Source: Anaerolineae bacterium
Lineage (GTDB): Bacteria; Chloroflexota; Anaerolineae; Fen-1058
Assembly: GCA_035292585.1 (NCBI GenBank)
Contig: DATDPU010000148.1
Span: 4,097-68,096 of the forward strand
Reading direction: 5' to 3'
Length of the DNA stretch: 64,000 bases
Of the stretch, positions 53,708-63,111 are shown in pieces. Within the stretch, counting starts at the first letter, position 1. Every line of letters starts with the position of its first letter. A program made the translations under genes and the position numbers. Below the pieces are notes generated by a model. The model worked only from the letters and a program-made list of their open reading frames with translations. It did not search any database and was not told the DNA's origin.

Positions 53708-55234
53708 TCAGGCAACCGCCGCCGGCTGCATGTGGAACGCGGGACGCGGTGTACCGATCTCCTTGAGGATGCGCTCAGTCGTCAGGCGCGCCGATAGAAG
53801 CACGATCGGCAGGCCGGCGCCTGGATGCGTGCTGCTGCCCGCGAAGTATAGGTTGCGGTAGCGGGAATGCCGATTGTGCGGCCGCAGGTAGCCGACCTGC
53901 CAGAAGTTGTGGCTGAGGCCGAACGCCGCGCCTTTCGCCAGGTTGTATTGCGCGGCCCAATCGCGCGGGATGTAGCTGATTTCGAACTTCAAACGCCGCT
54001 CCAGGTCCGCCAGGCCCAGCTGCGCCAAGCGGTTCAATACGGTCGATCGGGCGCGCGCGCGCCGCTCTTCCCAATCCTGTGCGGCGGAGTCGCTCAGATG
54101 GCCGACGGGGACGAGCACGAACAGCGAATCGTGGCCGGCAGGCGCGGCCGCCGGATCGATGCGGGCCGGCGCGTGGACGTAGAAGCTTGGCTCGTCGGGC
54201 AAGGCATGGTCGATGAAGATGCGGTCGAAACTGCTGCGATAATCGCCGGACAGAAAGACGTTGTGACAGCCGAGTTCCGGGTAGACCTTGTCAACACCCC
54301 AATAGAACATGATCGCCGAGCAGGTGTATTGCAATCGATCCAGCCGATTGGCGGCGGGCCGGTCGGGTAAGAGATCGCGGTAGACGTAGGGCAGGTCGGC
54401 GTTGGCGACGATCACATCTGCGCTCAGCTGCGCACCATCTTCCAGGCGGACGCCGGCCGCGCGGTTGCCCTCGACTTCGATCTGCTTGACCGGCGCATTG
54501 TACATGAACCGCACGCCGTGGGCGGCGGCGATAGAGGCGAGGCTCTCGATCACGCGATACAGCCCGCCCATCGGGAACCACACGCCGTCGGCGAGCTCGG
54601 TGTATTGCAGCAGCGAGTAGGTGGCCGGCGCAGCGTATGGGCTTAATCCCAGGTACATGTTCTGGAACGTGAACGCCGCCTTGAGGTGCGGATCGCTGAA
54701 GTAATGGCCGACGTTGTCGTAGTGTTTGACCAGCGCCTTTAGCTGAAACAACAGCGGCAGGTTTTGCAGGCTGAAGTATTGCAGCAAGTTGTAGAAGTTG
54801 CGCCCGACGAAGCTTTTGAGCGACACGCGGTAATGCCGCTCGCCCTCGACCAGGTAGCGCAGCAACCCGTTGAAGCTGCCCGGTTCGATCGCTTCGAGCT
54901 GGTCTTGCAGGGCGTTCAGATCGCCGGTGAGCGCCAGCTGCGCATCGTCGCCGAAGCGGATGCGGTAGGTGGGGTCGATGCGGCGCAGGTCCAAGTGATC
55001 TTCCATGCGCTCGCCCAGGTCGGCATACGTCTGGGCGAACACTTCGGGCATCAGGAATAGCGTCGCGCCGGTATCGAAGCGGTGTCCCGCGCGCGCGATT
55101 TGGCCGCAGCGCCCGCCGGGCAGCGACGTTTTTTCGAGCACGGTGACCGAGTAGCCGCTGCGCGCCAGACGCGCCGCAGTCGCGATACCGCCGATGCCCG
55201 CGCCGATGACGAGTGCGCTTGGACGTGAAGACAT
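53708..55234 (-). CDS. crtI: Phytoene desaturase (CrtI family)
   Basis: ALVIGAGIGGIATAARL FAD fold and C-terminal YFAGSSTHPGAGLP. Start at ATG 55234 with AAGGAG RBS. The longer ORF-track version overlaps the cyclase gene. Confidence 0.85.
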   Translation of the reverse strand: MSSRPSALVIGAGIGGIATAARLARSGYSVTVLEKTSLPGGRCGQIARAGHRFDTGATLFLMPEVFAQTYADLGERMEDHLDLRRIDPTYRIRFGDDAQLALTGDLNALQDQLEAIEPGSFNGLLRYLVEGERHYRVSLKSFVGRNFYNLLQYFSLQNLPLLFQLKALVKHYDNVGHYFSDPHLKAAFTFQNMYLGLSPYAAPATYSLLQYTELADGVWFPMGGLYRVIESLASIAAAHGVRFMYNAPVKQIEVEGNRAAGVRLEDGAQLSADVIVANADLPYVYRDLLPDRPAANRLDRLQYTCSAIMFYWGVDKVYPELGCHNVFLSGDYRSSFDRIFIDHALPDEPSFYVHAPARIDPAAAPAGHDSLFVLVPVGHLSDSAAQDWEERRARARSTVLNRLAQLGLADLERRLKFEISYIPRDWAAQYNLAKGAAFGLSHNFWQVGYLRPHNRHSRYRNLYFAGSSTHPGAGLPIVLLSARLTTERILKEIGTPRPAFHMQPAAVA

Positions 55235-55245
55235 GAGTTCTCCTT

Positions 55246-56388
55246 TTATATTCTCCGCAACACTTTCAATCGCATGAATGCCTGCACGAATATCCCCGGC
55301 GGCAGCGAGGCCATCAACGCCAGGTTTTCCAGCGGCGAAGTGACCTCGTCCAGGAACCGGAAAATCCGCTCGATCGAATTGCGCTTGAACAGCGCGGTAA
55401 AGATCGGCCTGAGCTGCGCGCCGCGCCGATACATGACATTCAGCATCAGCGAATCGCACAGCCGGAAGAACCGCCGATCGCTTGGGACGGCGAAGGGATG
55501 CCCGGCGCGCAGCAGCGATTCGACCAGGGCTGCCGAATCGCGCTGGATGCGGGTGAAGGCATAGCCCGACGAGGGCTTGACCCGGCCGCCCCGCGCGCCG
55601 ATGCTCATCACGCGCCGCCCAATCCGGCGGGGGAACGGTTGATCCGTCATCGGGTTGACGCCGCCCTCTTCCGCCACGATGCGATACGCGCTAATCTCTA
55701 AGACGGTCTCAAGATAGGTCTTCAAGATCGATGCGTAGTCGTCTCGGCTTGTCAGCACGCACTCTACCAGCGCGCGCCGCTCGGACAGCGGGAGCACATA
55801 CAAGAATCGCATCTCGTCGTTTTGCGGCGTCCGAAAATCGAGAAAGGTGGCGGCGCGTGTATCGAATGCGGCGTCCGGCGTTTCGATCTCCCAGCCTGTG
55901 AAATGCTGTCGCAGCTGATGGTACCGGGCCGGGTCCGGCTGCCAGCTGGATGAGTCGAAGCGGCTGTCGAAGACCCACTGCCCGGCGACCGTCCGGCCAT
56001 CGACCCACACCCGCGCTTCGTCGGCGCCGTCCTCGATGCGCGTGATGTTGCCCTGTAGCAGTTGGGCGTTGGCGCAAGTCGAAAGTTCGCGCCGGATGCA
56101 CTGATAGAAATCGACGGCCCGGATCATGTTGTAGCGATAGTGTCCCAGGTCGATGACTTGCTCGAAGTCTTCACCGGCGAAGCGGAGCTGGCGCCACGCG
56201 CGGTGCACGAGGTCGTCAAACAGGGTCGGTTGCTCGCTCCAGAAGCACAACGTGCGATCATTTCGATCCTTGGCGTCCTGATCGACGATCAGGATCGAGC
56301 GCTCGCGCAACGGGCTGCGCAGCAGATGGCGGGCCAGGCTCAGCCCGGCCACGCCGCCCCCGGCGATAATGAAGTCGTAGCGTGTCAT
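55246..56388 (-). CDS. Lycopene cyclase family protein (CrtY/CrtL-type flavoprotein)
   Basis: YDFIIAGGGVAGLSLA dinucleotide fold. Size and position between crtB and crtI. Confidence 0.7.
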   Translation of the reverse strand: MTRYDFIIAGGGVAGLSLARHLLRSPLRERSILIVDQDAKDRNDRTLCFWSEQPTLFDDLVHRAWRQLRFAGEDFEQVIDLGHYRYNMIRAVDFYQCIRRELSTCANAQLLQGNITRIEDGADEARVWVDGRTVAGQWVFDSRFDSSSWQPDPARYHQLRQHFTGWEIETPDAAFDTRAATFLDFRTPQNDEMRFLYVLPLSERRALVECVLTSRDDYASILKTYLETVLEISAYRIVAEEGGVNPMTDQPFPRRIGRRVMSIGARGGRVKPSSGYAFTRIQRDSAALVESLLRAGHPFAVPSDRRFFRLCDSLMLNVMYRRGAQLRPIFTALFKRNSIERIFRFLDEVTSPLENLALMASLPPGIFVQAFMRLKVLRRI

Positions 56389-56415
56389 GTTAAGGCGTGT
56401 CAACTGCGTGTTGAT

Positions 56416-56461
56416 TACCTGCTACCTGTGTACTTGTACACGGGTAAACAGGTAGCAGGTA
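56416..56461. promoter_or_regulatory. 14-bp-stem inverted repeat TACCTGCTACCTGT-N18-ACAGGTAGCAGGTA with nested GTACTTGTAC palindrome
   Basis: Read directly. Occupies most of the 79-nt gap between crtB and the cyclase gene. Confidence 0.5.
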
Positions 56462-56467
56462 TACAGG

Positions 56468-57409
56468 TTAATGGGCGCGCCGCCAGATACCGGGCAACCG
56501 GCGCAGTTTTCCAAAACCGCTCACGCGCGCGCGGCGGTTGAACACATCGTAGTCGTGTGCTTCGATGTCGTCGAGGATCGCGCGATAGAGTTCAGCAGCG
56601 GCGGCGACGGCGAAGCGCCCATCCGAGTTCAGCACCGCGATGCCCGGTTGCGCCTCGGCATACAGGCGCCGGTTGCGCTCGATCTGAAAGCGCATAAAGG
56701 CGCGCCAGCGATCGTCCACGCGCCCGGCGGCCAGGTCGGCTTCGGTCAGGCCGTAGGCGGCGAGCTCTTCCGCCGGCAGGTAGACGCGACCCGCTCGCCC
56801 GTCCTCGCCGACATCGCGCAAGATGTTGGTGAGCTGCAGCGCCACGCCGAGCTTGATCGCATACGGAATGGCCTGCGCAGTGGAGAAGCCGATGATGTGC
56901 ATGCTCATCAGCCCGACGGTGGATGCTACGCCATACGCGTAAGCGGCCAATTCCTCGAAGACGCGGTAGCGGATCGGGCGCAAGTCGCGCGCCACGCCGT
57001 CGATGAGTTGCTCGGCGTAACGCTGCGGGATGCGATAGCGCAGCCGCGTGTCGGTCCACGCCAGGGCGACGAGATCGCTGCGCGGCGGCTCGGACGACAA
57101 CGCGCGCTGCCGCCAGATCGCCAGGGAGGTCTCGGCGTCGCAGCAGGGGCAATCGACGATGTTGTCGCTCACGCGGCAGAAGGCGTATAGCGCGCGCATG
57201 GCCCGCCGCTTGTCGGCCGGCAGCAGGCGCGTCGCCAGATCGAACGATTTGCTGTGCGCGGCGGTCACCGCTTCGCAGAAGGCGTACGCGCGATTGAGCA
57301 GGGCTGTGTCACGCGCCCGGGTGGGGGAAACGGTGACGACGGAGTGCCAGGCTTCATAGGCGCGCGCGAGCAAAGTGTGTTCCCAGGTCTGTGGCGATAA
57401 AGTGGGCAT
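56468..57409 (-). CDS. crtB: Phytoene synthase
   Basis: [47 protein letters not shown] (Asp-rich motifs of the squalene/phytoene synthase family). Confidence 0.9.
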   Translation of the reverse strand: MPTLSPQTWEHTLLARAYEAWHSVVTVSPTRARDTALLNRAYAFCEAVTAAHSKSFDLATRLLPADKRRAMRALYAFCRVSDNIVDCPCCDAETSLAIWRQRALSSEPPRSDLVALAWTDTRLRYRIPQRYAEQLIDGVARDLRPIRYRVFEELAAYAYGVASTVGLMSMHIIGFSTAQAIPYAIKLGVALQLTNILRDVGEDGRAGRVYLPAEELAAYGLTEADLAAGRVDDRWRAFMRFQIERNRRLYAEAQPGIAVLNSDGRFAVAAAAELYRAILDDIEAHDYDVFNRRARVSGFGKLRRLPGIWRRAH

Positions 57410-57758
57410 GGCGATGTTTCGGCTAATAGAGCGGTTCCCGGATAGTATGGCAGTGACGGCTCGCTATCACATCCGACAGATGGAGGGATTCGTCTAATCC
57501 TTTGGCCTTATTCGTATCGATCAAATTAGACAGCCATCATCCGATTTGTTATGCCGTTCTTCAGCAGTAGCATTACATAGCCTTAAACCGGTTGAGCTGT
57601 CATCTGCCGGAAGATAGAATTGGGGGTTTAAAGCGATGTATTGGGTTAGCCGCATCCAAAGCCCAAGCGGATAGGCCACCGGGTCGGGTCTGGTGGAGGG
57701 ACGTGCGCTTGGGTTGTCAGGGCGGAGTCGAGCGAGCTTATCGGCTTGGTTTTGATGG

Positions 57759-57815
57759 GTAGCGTAGGGCCTTGTGCCCATCCAACGCCCAGGAAGGGCT
57801 ATGTTGCAGCCCATC
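57759..57815 (+). repeat. REP-B copy
   Basis: GTAGCGTAGGGCCTTGTGCCCATCCAACGCCCAGGAAGGGCTATGTTGCAGCCCATC aligns with 29120-29190. Confidence 0.75.
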
Positions 57816-57943
57816 AATCTCAGCTGGCCTGACCCGCTAGAAATGCATTAGAAATGAAACGGATCGGCACGTGGGCGCGGAATTAGTGGTAGAATTGACT
57901 CGCATAATCCGGGTAGTTTAGCCAAGCATGAGGTAGCATAGCT

Positions 57944-60499
57944 ATGATGCGATTTGATCGATTCACCGAGCGCGCCCAAGATGCGGCGAATCGTAGTATT
58001 GAGATTCTGCAACGCTATGGGCACAATCAAGTTGATACGGAACACATCCTGCTGGCGCTGCTCGAACAGCCGGACGGCGTGGTGCCACAGATTCTGGAAA
58101 AGCTCGGCGTGGATGTGGATGTGATGCGCGGCCGGCTGGATGAGGTGCTGCGCCACTCGCCGAAAGCCGCCATTTACGGCGGCGGGGCGGGCCAGGTGTT
58201 CATCACGCCGCGCGTCAAGCGCATCCTGGAGCTGGCGCAGGAAGAAGCCAACCGCTTCAAGGACGAGTATATCTCGACCGAGCATATCTTCCTGGCTATT
58301 CTGAACGAGCGCAACACGGCGGCGGCGCGTATCCTGGCCGAGGCCGGCATCACCAAAGACCGCATCAACGATGCAGTGAAGGAGATGCGCGGCGGCCAGC
58401 GCGTGACCGATCCGGGCGCGGAGTCGCGCTATCGCACGCTCGAAAAGTACAGCCGCGACATGACCAAGCTGGCAAAAGAGAATAAGCTCGATCCGGTCGT
58501 GGGCCGCGATAATGAAATCCTGCGTGTGATCCAGGTGCTATCGCGCCGCACCAAGAATAACCCGGTGCTGATCGGTGAAGCCGGCGTCGGCAAGACCGCG
58601 ATCGTCGAGGGGCTGGCCCAGAAGATCGCGACCAACGATGTGCCGGAAATTTTGATGGGCAAGCGCGTGGTGGCGCTCGACCTGGGCGCAATGGTCGCCG
58701 GTTCGCGCTTCCGAGGCGAGTTCGAGGAACGGCTGAAAGCGGCGGTCGAGGAGATTCAACGCGCGCAGGGCGAGATCATCCTGTTCATCGATGAGCTGCA
58801 CACCGTCGTGGGCGCGGGCGCGGCGTCGGGCGCGCTGGATGCGTCGAGCATGCTGAAGCCGGCGCTGGCGCGCGGCGAGCTGCAGTGCGTAGGCGCGACG
58901 ACGTCGGACGAGTATCGGCGCTATGTCGAGAAGGATCCGGCGCTGGAGCGTCGCTTCGCGCCGGTGTTCGTCGACGAGCCGAATGTGGACGAGACTATCG
59001 AGATGCTGCACGGCTTGCGCGATCGCTACGAAGCGCATCACAAGGTGCGCATCTCGGACGAGTCGTTGGTCGCGGCAGCCAACCTGAGCCATCGCTACAT
59101 CACCGATCGCCGCTTGCCCGATAAAGCCATCGACCTGGTGGACGAAGCCGCCGCTAAATTGCGCGTAGCGTTGTATACGCTGCCGGCGGATCTCAAGGCG
59201 ATGAAAGGGAACATCGATCGCGCGCTGGCCGAAGAAGAAGCCGCCGGGTTGTCGCGCGATTATGAGCGGGCCGCCGAGCTGAAAAGCAAGCGGCTGCGCC
59301 TGGAGCAGGAGTTTAGCGAGAAGGCCGAGCAGTGGCGACGCGAGAAGAATATTGACGAAGTTGTCGACGAGGACGATATCGCCTCAGTCGTGGCGCAGAT
59401 CACGGGCATCCCTGTTGCGCAAATGCTGGAGACGGAAGCGGCCAAATTGCTGAACATGGAAGAGCGGCTCCATGAGCGGATCGTTGGGCAGGACGAGGCG
59501 ATCGCCGCCTTGAGCGATGCGATCCGCCGCGCCCGCTCCGGCCTCAAGGACCCCCGCCGGCCGATCGGCTCATTCATCTTCCTCGGCTCGTCGGGTGTAG
59601 GCAAGACCGAGCTGGCGAAGGCGTTGGCGTGGTTCATGTTCGACGACGCCGATGCGCTGGTGCGGATGGACATGAGTGAGTATCGTGAACAGCATACGGT
59701 ATCGCGCTTGTTCGGCGCGCCGCCCGGCTACGTGGGCTACGAGGAAGGCGGCCAGTTGACCGAGGCGGTTCGCCGTCGCCCGTACCAGGTGGTGCTGTTC
59801 GATGAGATTGAGAAGGCGCACCCGGAAGTGTGGAATGCGCTGTTGCAGATTCTGGATGACGGCCGGATGACGGACGGGCAGGGGCGCATAGTCGACTTCC
59901 GCAACACAGTCATCATCATGACCAGCAACCTGGGCACCGAGTTCGCCCGCAAAGGCGGAGCGCTCGGTTTCATGCGGCCGGGCGAAGGCTCGCCGGCGTT
60001 GATCGCCGATCACAAGAAGATCGAAGACGAGCTCAAGCGCGCCTTCCGGCCGGAGTTCTTGAACCGCGTGGACGAGATCATCATCTTCAAGCCGCTGTCC
60101 CTCGAAGATGTAGAGCAGATCGTCGATCTGCAGATGAACGAGATCCGGAGTCGCTTGCGCGATCAAGGTCTGTTCATCGAGTTGACCGACGCCGCGCGGC
60201 AGTGGCTGGCCAAGGAAGGCTACGATCCGCAGTTCGGCGCGCGCCCGCTACGCCGCACACTGCAACGGCGGGTGGAGTCGCCGCTGTCCATCGCGCTGCT
60301 CAAAGGTGAATTCAAGATCGGCGATACCGTCCAGGTAGACGTGGGCGAAGAAGGGATCACCTTCGGCAAGGTGGCGCGCGTGTCCACGACGCCGACGGAG
60401 ATGGCGGGCGCGGCCAGCGGAATGAATCCGCGCTCTGGAGACGCCGAACGCTCTGCACCGATCAACCCGGTGGCGTTGGACAGCGCGGACACGCAGTAA
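57944..60499 (+). CDS. clpC: Class I Clp/Hsp100 AAA+ ATPase, ClpC-type (two NBDs, short M-domain, ClpP-docking LGF loop)
   Basis: Two Walker A motifs ([16 protein letters not shown]). Short middle domain with UVR-like [19 protein letters not shown] loop. The N-domain resembles ClpB. Confidence 0.8.
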   Translation: MMRFDRFTERAQDAANRSIEILQRYGHNQVDTEHILLALLEQPDGVVPQILEKLGVDVDVMRGRLDEVLRHSPKAAIYGGGAGQVFITPRVKRILELAQEEANRFKDEYISTEHIFLAILNERNTAAARILAEAGITKDRINDAVKEMRGGQRVTDPGAESRYRTLEKYSRDMTKLAKENKLDPVVGRDNEILRVIQVLSRRTKNNPVLIGEAGVGKTAIVEGLAQKIATNDVPEILMGKRVVALDLGAMVAGSRFRGEFEERLKAAVEEIQRAQGEIILFIDELHTVVGAGAASGALDASSMLKPALARGELQCVGATTSDEYRRYVEKDPALERRFAPVFVDEPNVDETIEMLHGLRDRYEAHHKVRISDESLVAAANLSHRYITDRRLPDKAIDLVDEAAAKLRVALYTLPADLKAMKGNIDRALAEEEAAGLSRDYERAAELKSKRLRLEQEFSEKAEQWRREKNIDEVVDEDDIASVVAQITGIPVAQMLETEAAKLLNMEERLHERIVGQDEAIAALSDAIRRARSGLKDPRRPIGSFIFLGSSGVGKTELAKALAWFMFDDADALVRMDMSEYREQHTVSRLFGAPPGYVGYEEGGQLTEAVRRRPYQVVLFDEIEKAHPEVWNALLQILDDGRMTDGQGRIVDFRNTVIIMTSNLGTEFARKGGALGFMRPGEGSPALIADHKKIEDELKRAFRPEFLNRVDEIIIFKPLSLEDVEQIVDLQMNEIRSRLRDQGLFIELTDAARQWLAKEGYDPQFGARPLRRTLQRRVESPLSIALLKGEFKIGDTVQVDVGEEGITFGKVARVSTTPTEMAGAASGMNPRSGDAERSAPINPVALDSADTQ

Positions 60500-60521
60500 G
60501 CGCTTCGGGCGCTAAGTGGAA

Positions 60522-60545
60522 GGGGGCCGAACCGGCCCCCTTTTT
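60522..60545 (+). terminator. Intrinsic terminator GGGGGCCG-AA-CCGGCCCCC + TTTTT
   Basis: Lies 23 nt after the clpC stop. GC stem followed by a T-run. Confidence 0.8.
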
Positions 60546-60618
60546 ACGTCTCGCGGAGTATTCAGGCAAAAGCTGTCCAGTCGGAAGACAGCCTTCCGGC
60601 TGCATCAGGGCGCGAGCA

Positions 60619-61677
60619 TTACTGCGCTGTTACGACCTCGTTGCCGGGCTGGGAATACCAGACCCGGAGAATATCCTCAGCCGGTTTGCCGAACGGTGTA
60701 TAACTGTCATCGGCCAGCCCGCCTCGGGAGTTCGGAAACCACATCCACCAGTACATCCCGGCGAACCAGGGTTGGTGATACAAGCTCTCGAAAGCCGCCT
60801 GGTAGGCGTTGGCCTGGGCCTGCAAATCGATGGGGCCGGCAGTCGCCCAATCGTCGGGCTGGCGCGCTGCGCCTTCGCGGCTGCGATAGCCGATTTCGGT
60901 GATCAGGATCGGCTTGCCCCAAGCGGCGGCCAGCCGGGCGAGCCGGCTGACGTAAGCAGTCCAGCTCGCTCGCAGCGCGCTCAGGGAGGGTCGGGGTTTG
61001 TAGGTCAAGGGATAGTAGGCATCCACGCCGATCAAGTCGACGGCATCCCACCAACGGATGCGCGTCTCTTCGCCGCTGTGCATGGCCGCGTAGGTGATCC
61101 GCCCGGTGTAGCGCGCGCGCACACCGGCGATTACGCCGCGCCAATCCGCGCCTCGATGCGAGGTCGAGGCCAATTCCGTGCCAATGCTGAATTGCTCGAC
61201 GCTGTGCGCTTCGGCGAGTTGGGCATAGTGCTCGATGAAGCGGCGGTAGGAGCTGAACCAATCGGCCCATTGCTGCTCGAAGATGAAGTGGAAGCCGATC
61301 TCTCCGCGCCAGCGCAGCGGGTCGTTCGCCAGGTCGACGTGGGGCTTCAGCATCACCTTCAAGCCGAGGCGGCGCGCCTGATCGATCACATGGATCAGGT
61401 CGGCGTCGGTCGGCGTCGCCGCCGACTTGACGATCGATGTGGCGTCGATGTTGTCCTGGTAACCGGTGACGATCAGGCTGATCCAGCCGCCGCCCAAGGC
61501 GGCGTAGCGCTCCAGCGCCTGGTCGGACTCTGCGAACGAGTATTCGCCGGGCTGCCAGGCCGCGTAGGCGATGCCTTTCTGTTTGCCCGACAGCGGAATC
61601 GAGACGCTCGCCCGTTGAGCGGCTTCACGATAGGCCATGAGCATGATGACGAGTGCGACGAGCAAGAGGCGGCGCAT
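60619..61677 (-). CDS. Membrane-anchored/secreted TIM-barrel glycoside hydrolase, clan GH-A (GH113/GH5-like)
   Basis: N-terminal hydrophobic anchor. FSIGTELAS (acid/base Glu context) and LITEIGYRS (nucleophile Glu context). Confidence 0.6.
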   Translation of the reverse strand: MRRLLLVALVIMLMAYREAAQRASVSIPLSGKQKGIAYAAWQPGEYSFAESDQALERYAALGGGWISLIVTGYQDNIDATSIVKSAATPTDADLIHVIDQARRLGLKVMLKPHVDLANDPLRWRGEIGFHFIFEQQWADWFSSYRRFIEHYAQLAEAHSVEQFSIGTELASTSHRGADWRGVIAGVRARYTGRITYAAMHSGEETRIRWWDAVDLIGVDAYYPLTYKPRPSLSALRASWTAYVSRLARLAAAWGKPILITEIGYRSREGAARQPDDWATAGPIDLQAQANAYQAAFESLYHQPWFAGMYWWMWFPNSRGGLADDSYTPFGKPAEDILRVWYSQPGNEVVTAQ

Positions 61678-62243
61678 GCGCGGTTCCTTTCAGTCGAAGC
61701 CTGGCGCGGGCTGGGTTGAACTGCGTGCGAGTGTGGCGCTGCCATATCCGCAGGTCGATGAAGGCCGGGTCGTGCTCATGGCTGCATCCGGCCTGAACAC
61801 ACGCGCCCGTGCTTCCGCTCAGGGTACTGTAGCGTAGCCTGTATGTATAAAAGTTGGTCATGCATGAGTTTTGGGTTGGCTAGGGGTGGTCTCGTGTGGA
61901 GTGTGCGGAGAGTAAAAAGTATCCTCGGCTCAAGGCTGTGCGTATGTCAGTTCAAATAGATACCTGCACTCAGGCGATTCCGCAATCCCACTGTGGTATG
62001 GTTTTGCGGCGGCAGGAGATGCGGCGACCGAATATGCCGGCGGCCCAGCGTGTAACAACTATTGCCACATCCAAGATGTGACCACTGCGGCGGCTCTTTG
62101 CCATGAAGGTGTGGCCGAAAAAGCGCAACAGGCCGCCTGGAGCGACCTGCGGTGAACGGTGGGTTGCTGTCGTGGAAGACAAATGAACCGGCAATCCCTC
62201 GCAACTGCTGGCGTTTGCCGGCGCGCAGGACGATCAGATCACC

Positions 62244-62681
62244 TCACCCATACTGCAAGTCGGTCTTCTGAGCGTGAACCATGACCGGGATCAAATGGTT
62301 GAGGTATTCGAGGGCGGAGGCCCAGTCCGCGAACTTCACAATTTCGGCCGCTTGCCACTTCCCGGGTTGACTGTGTTCGCGCTTAAATTGAGCGTTGGTT
62401 GGACTCGTTGCGGCGCCACGCGGGTCCAGGAGGGTCAGCGTGAGATACGGCTCGTCCTCCGTTGCGCCCCCGTAATTTCGATACAGATAGGTAATGATTC
62501 CAGCCGAATAGCCTTCTTCCTTCGTGTAACTGCACACGGAGTAATAACCTAGCGCATTGAGCACTTCTCCAATAGCCGCCCCATTTTTTGAAACTGCTAT
62601 CGAACTGCGCTCGAGCTTCCCCTCCCGCCAGACCCAGCACGGAAAAGTTGGCGGATTGAGTTCATACAGGTTGTAGTCCAT
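62244..62681 (-). CDS. Hypothetical protein (145 aa), no family recognised
   Basis: Longest ORF in an AT-richer stretch. Protein-like composition. No motif recognised. Confidence 0.4.
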   Translation of the reverse strand: MDYNLYELNPPTFPCWVWREGKLERSSIAVSKNGAAIGEVLNALGYYSVCSYTKEEGYSAGIITYLYRNYGGATEDEPYLTLTLLDPRGAATSPTNAQFKREHSQPGKWQAAEIVKFADWASALEYLNHLIPVMVHAQKTDLQYG

Positions 62682-62768
62682 CTGTCCGTCCTCGTAATGA
62701 TCGTTTGTGCGCCAGCCGTATCGCGCGGAAGTCCGCTGCCCAAGGGGATGGAAGCCGACGCCGCGCCG

Positions 62769-63068
62769 TTACTCTTCCGGCAACCTTCCCAGATCATCGG
62801 CTGGCGCCAGTTCGTTGTCCACCCTGAAGTAGTGTGTGCCGCTGACTGTGACCACGTGCATATCTTCAACCTTCCGGTGCTGATCACCCGGCGCGGACCT
62901 GAGCGTCACAAATCGGTCGCCGATGCTGAACGCGCGTAATACGTTGTTCCGCTTCCACCAGCCCCTGCTGGAGAAATACAGCGCGCCATCGTACAGGTGA
63001 ATCTTCACTTCCGTGACATACTCGCGATGTGCATCATCGCGCACGCTGGAAATGCCGTAGCTAGCCAT
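62769..63068 (-). CDS. DUF3892-like small protein
   Basis: Start at ATG 63068 with AAGGAG RBS. ..VTEVKIH..W..VLRAFSIGDRFVT...VTVSGTHYFRVDNELAPADDLGRLPE fits the DUF3892 pattern (..D...DNL..LP). Confidence 0.55.
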   Translation of the reverse strand: MASYGISSVRDDAHREYVTEVKIHLYDGALYFSSRGWWKRNNVLRAFSIGDRFVTLRSAPGDQHRKVEDMHVVTVSGTHYFRVDNELAPADDLGRLPEE

Positions 63069-63111
63069 AGTCACTCCTTGCTGAGAAAGTGATTTGAGCG
63101 CTTGATCGAAG

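Noticed and set aside
55235-55459. 5' extension of crtI overlapping the lycopene cyclase gene by more than 200 nt.
   Set aside because: The FAD-binding N-terminus begins right after ATG 55234, which has an AAGGAG RBS. The extension is an out-of-frame read-through of the cyclase 3' end.
57410-57943. Possible CIRCE (TTAGCACTC-N9-GAGTGCTAA) or CtsR operator, a small gene (57521-57817) or an ncRNA upstream of clpC.
   Set aside because: I found no match to either operator consensus by eye. The 98-aa ORF has an implausible composition. Only a REP-B copy and an AT-richer stretch are evident.
61916-62155. Open frame (+ strand) translating to ...IPLWYGFAAAGDAATEYAGGPACNNYCHIQDVTTAAALCHEGVAEKAQQAAWSDLR, which looks protein-like. 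Overlapping minus-strand ORFs lie at 61947-62204 and 61970-62194.
   Set aside because: The + frame has no ATG/GTG/TTG until 24 codons before its stop, and I recognised no family. The minus-strand ORFs are Arg/His-rich. This could be a gene fragment, but it is unsupported without a database search and is left unannotated.
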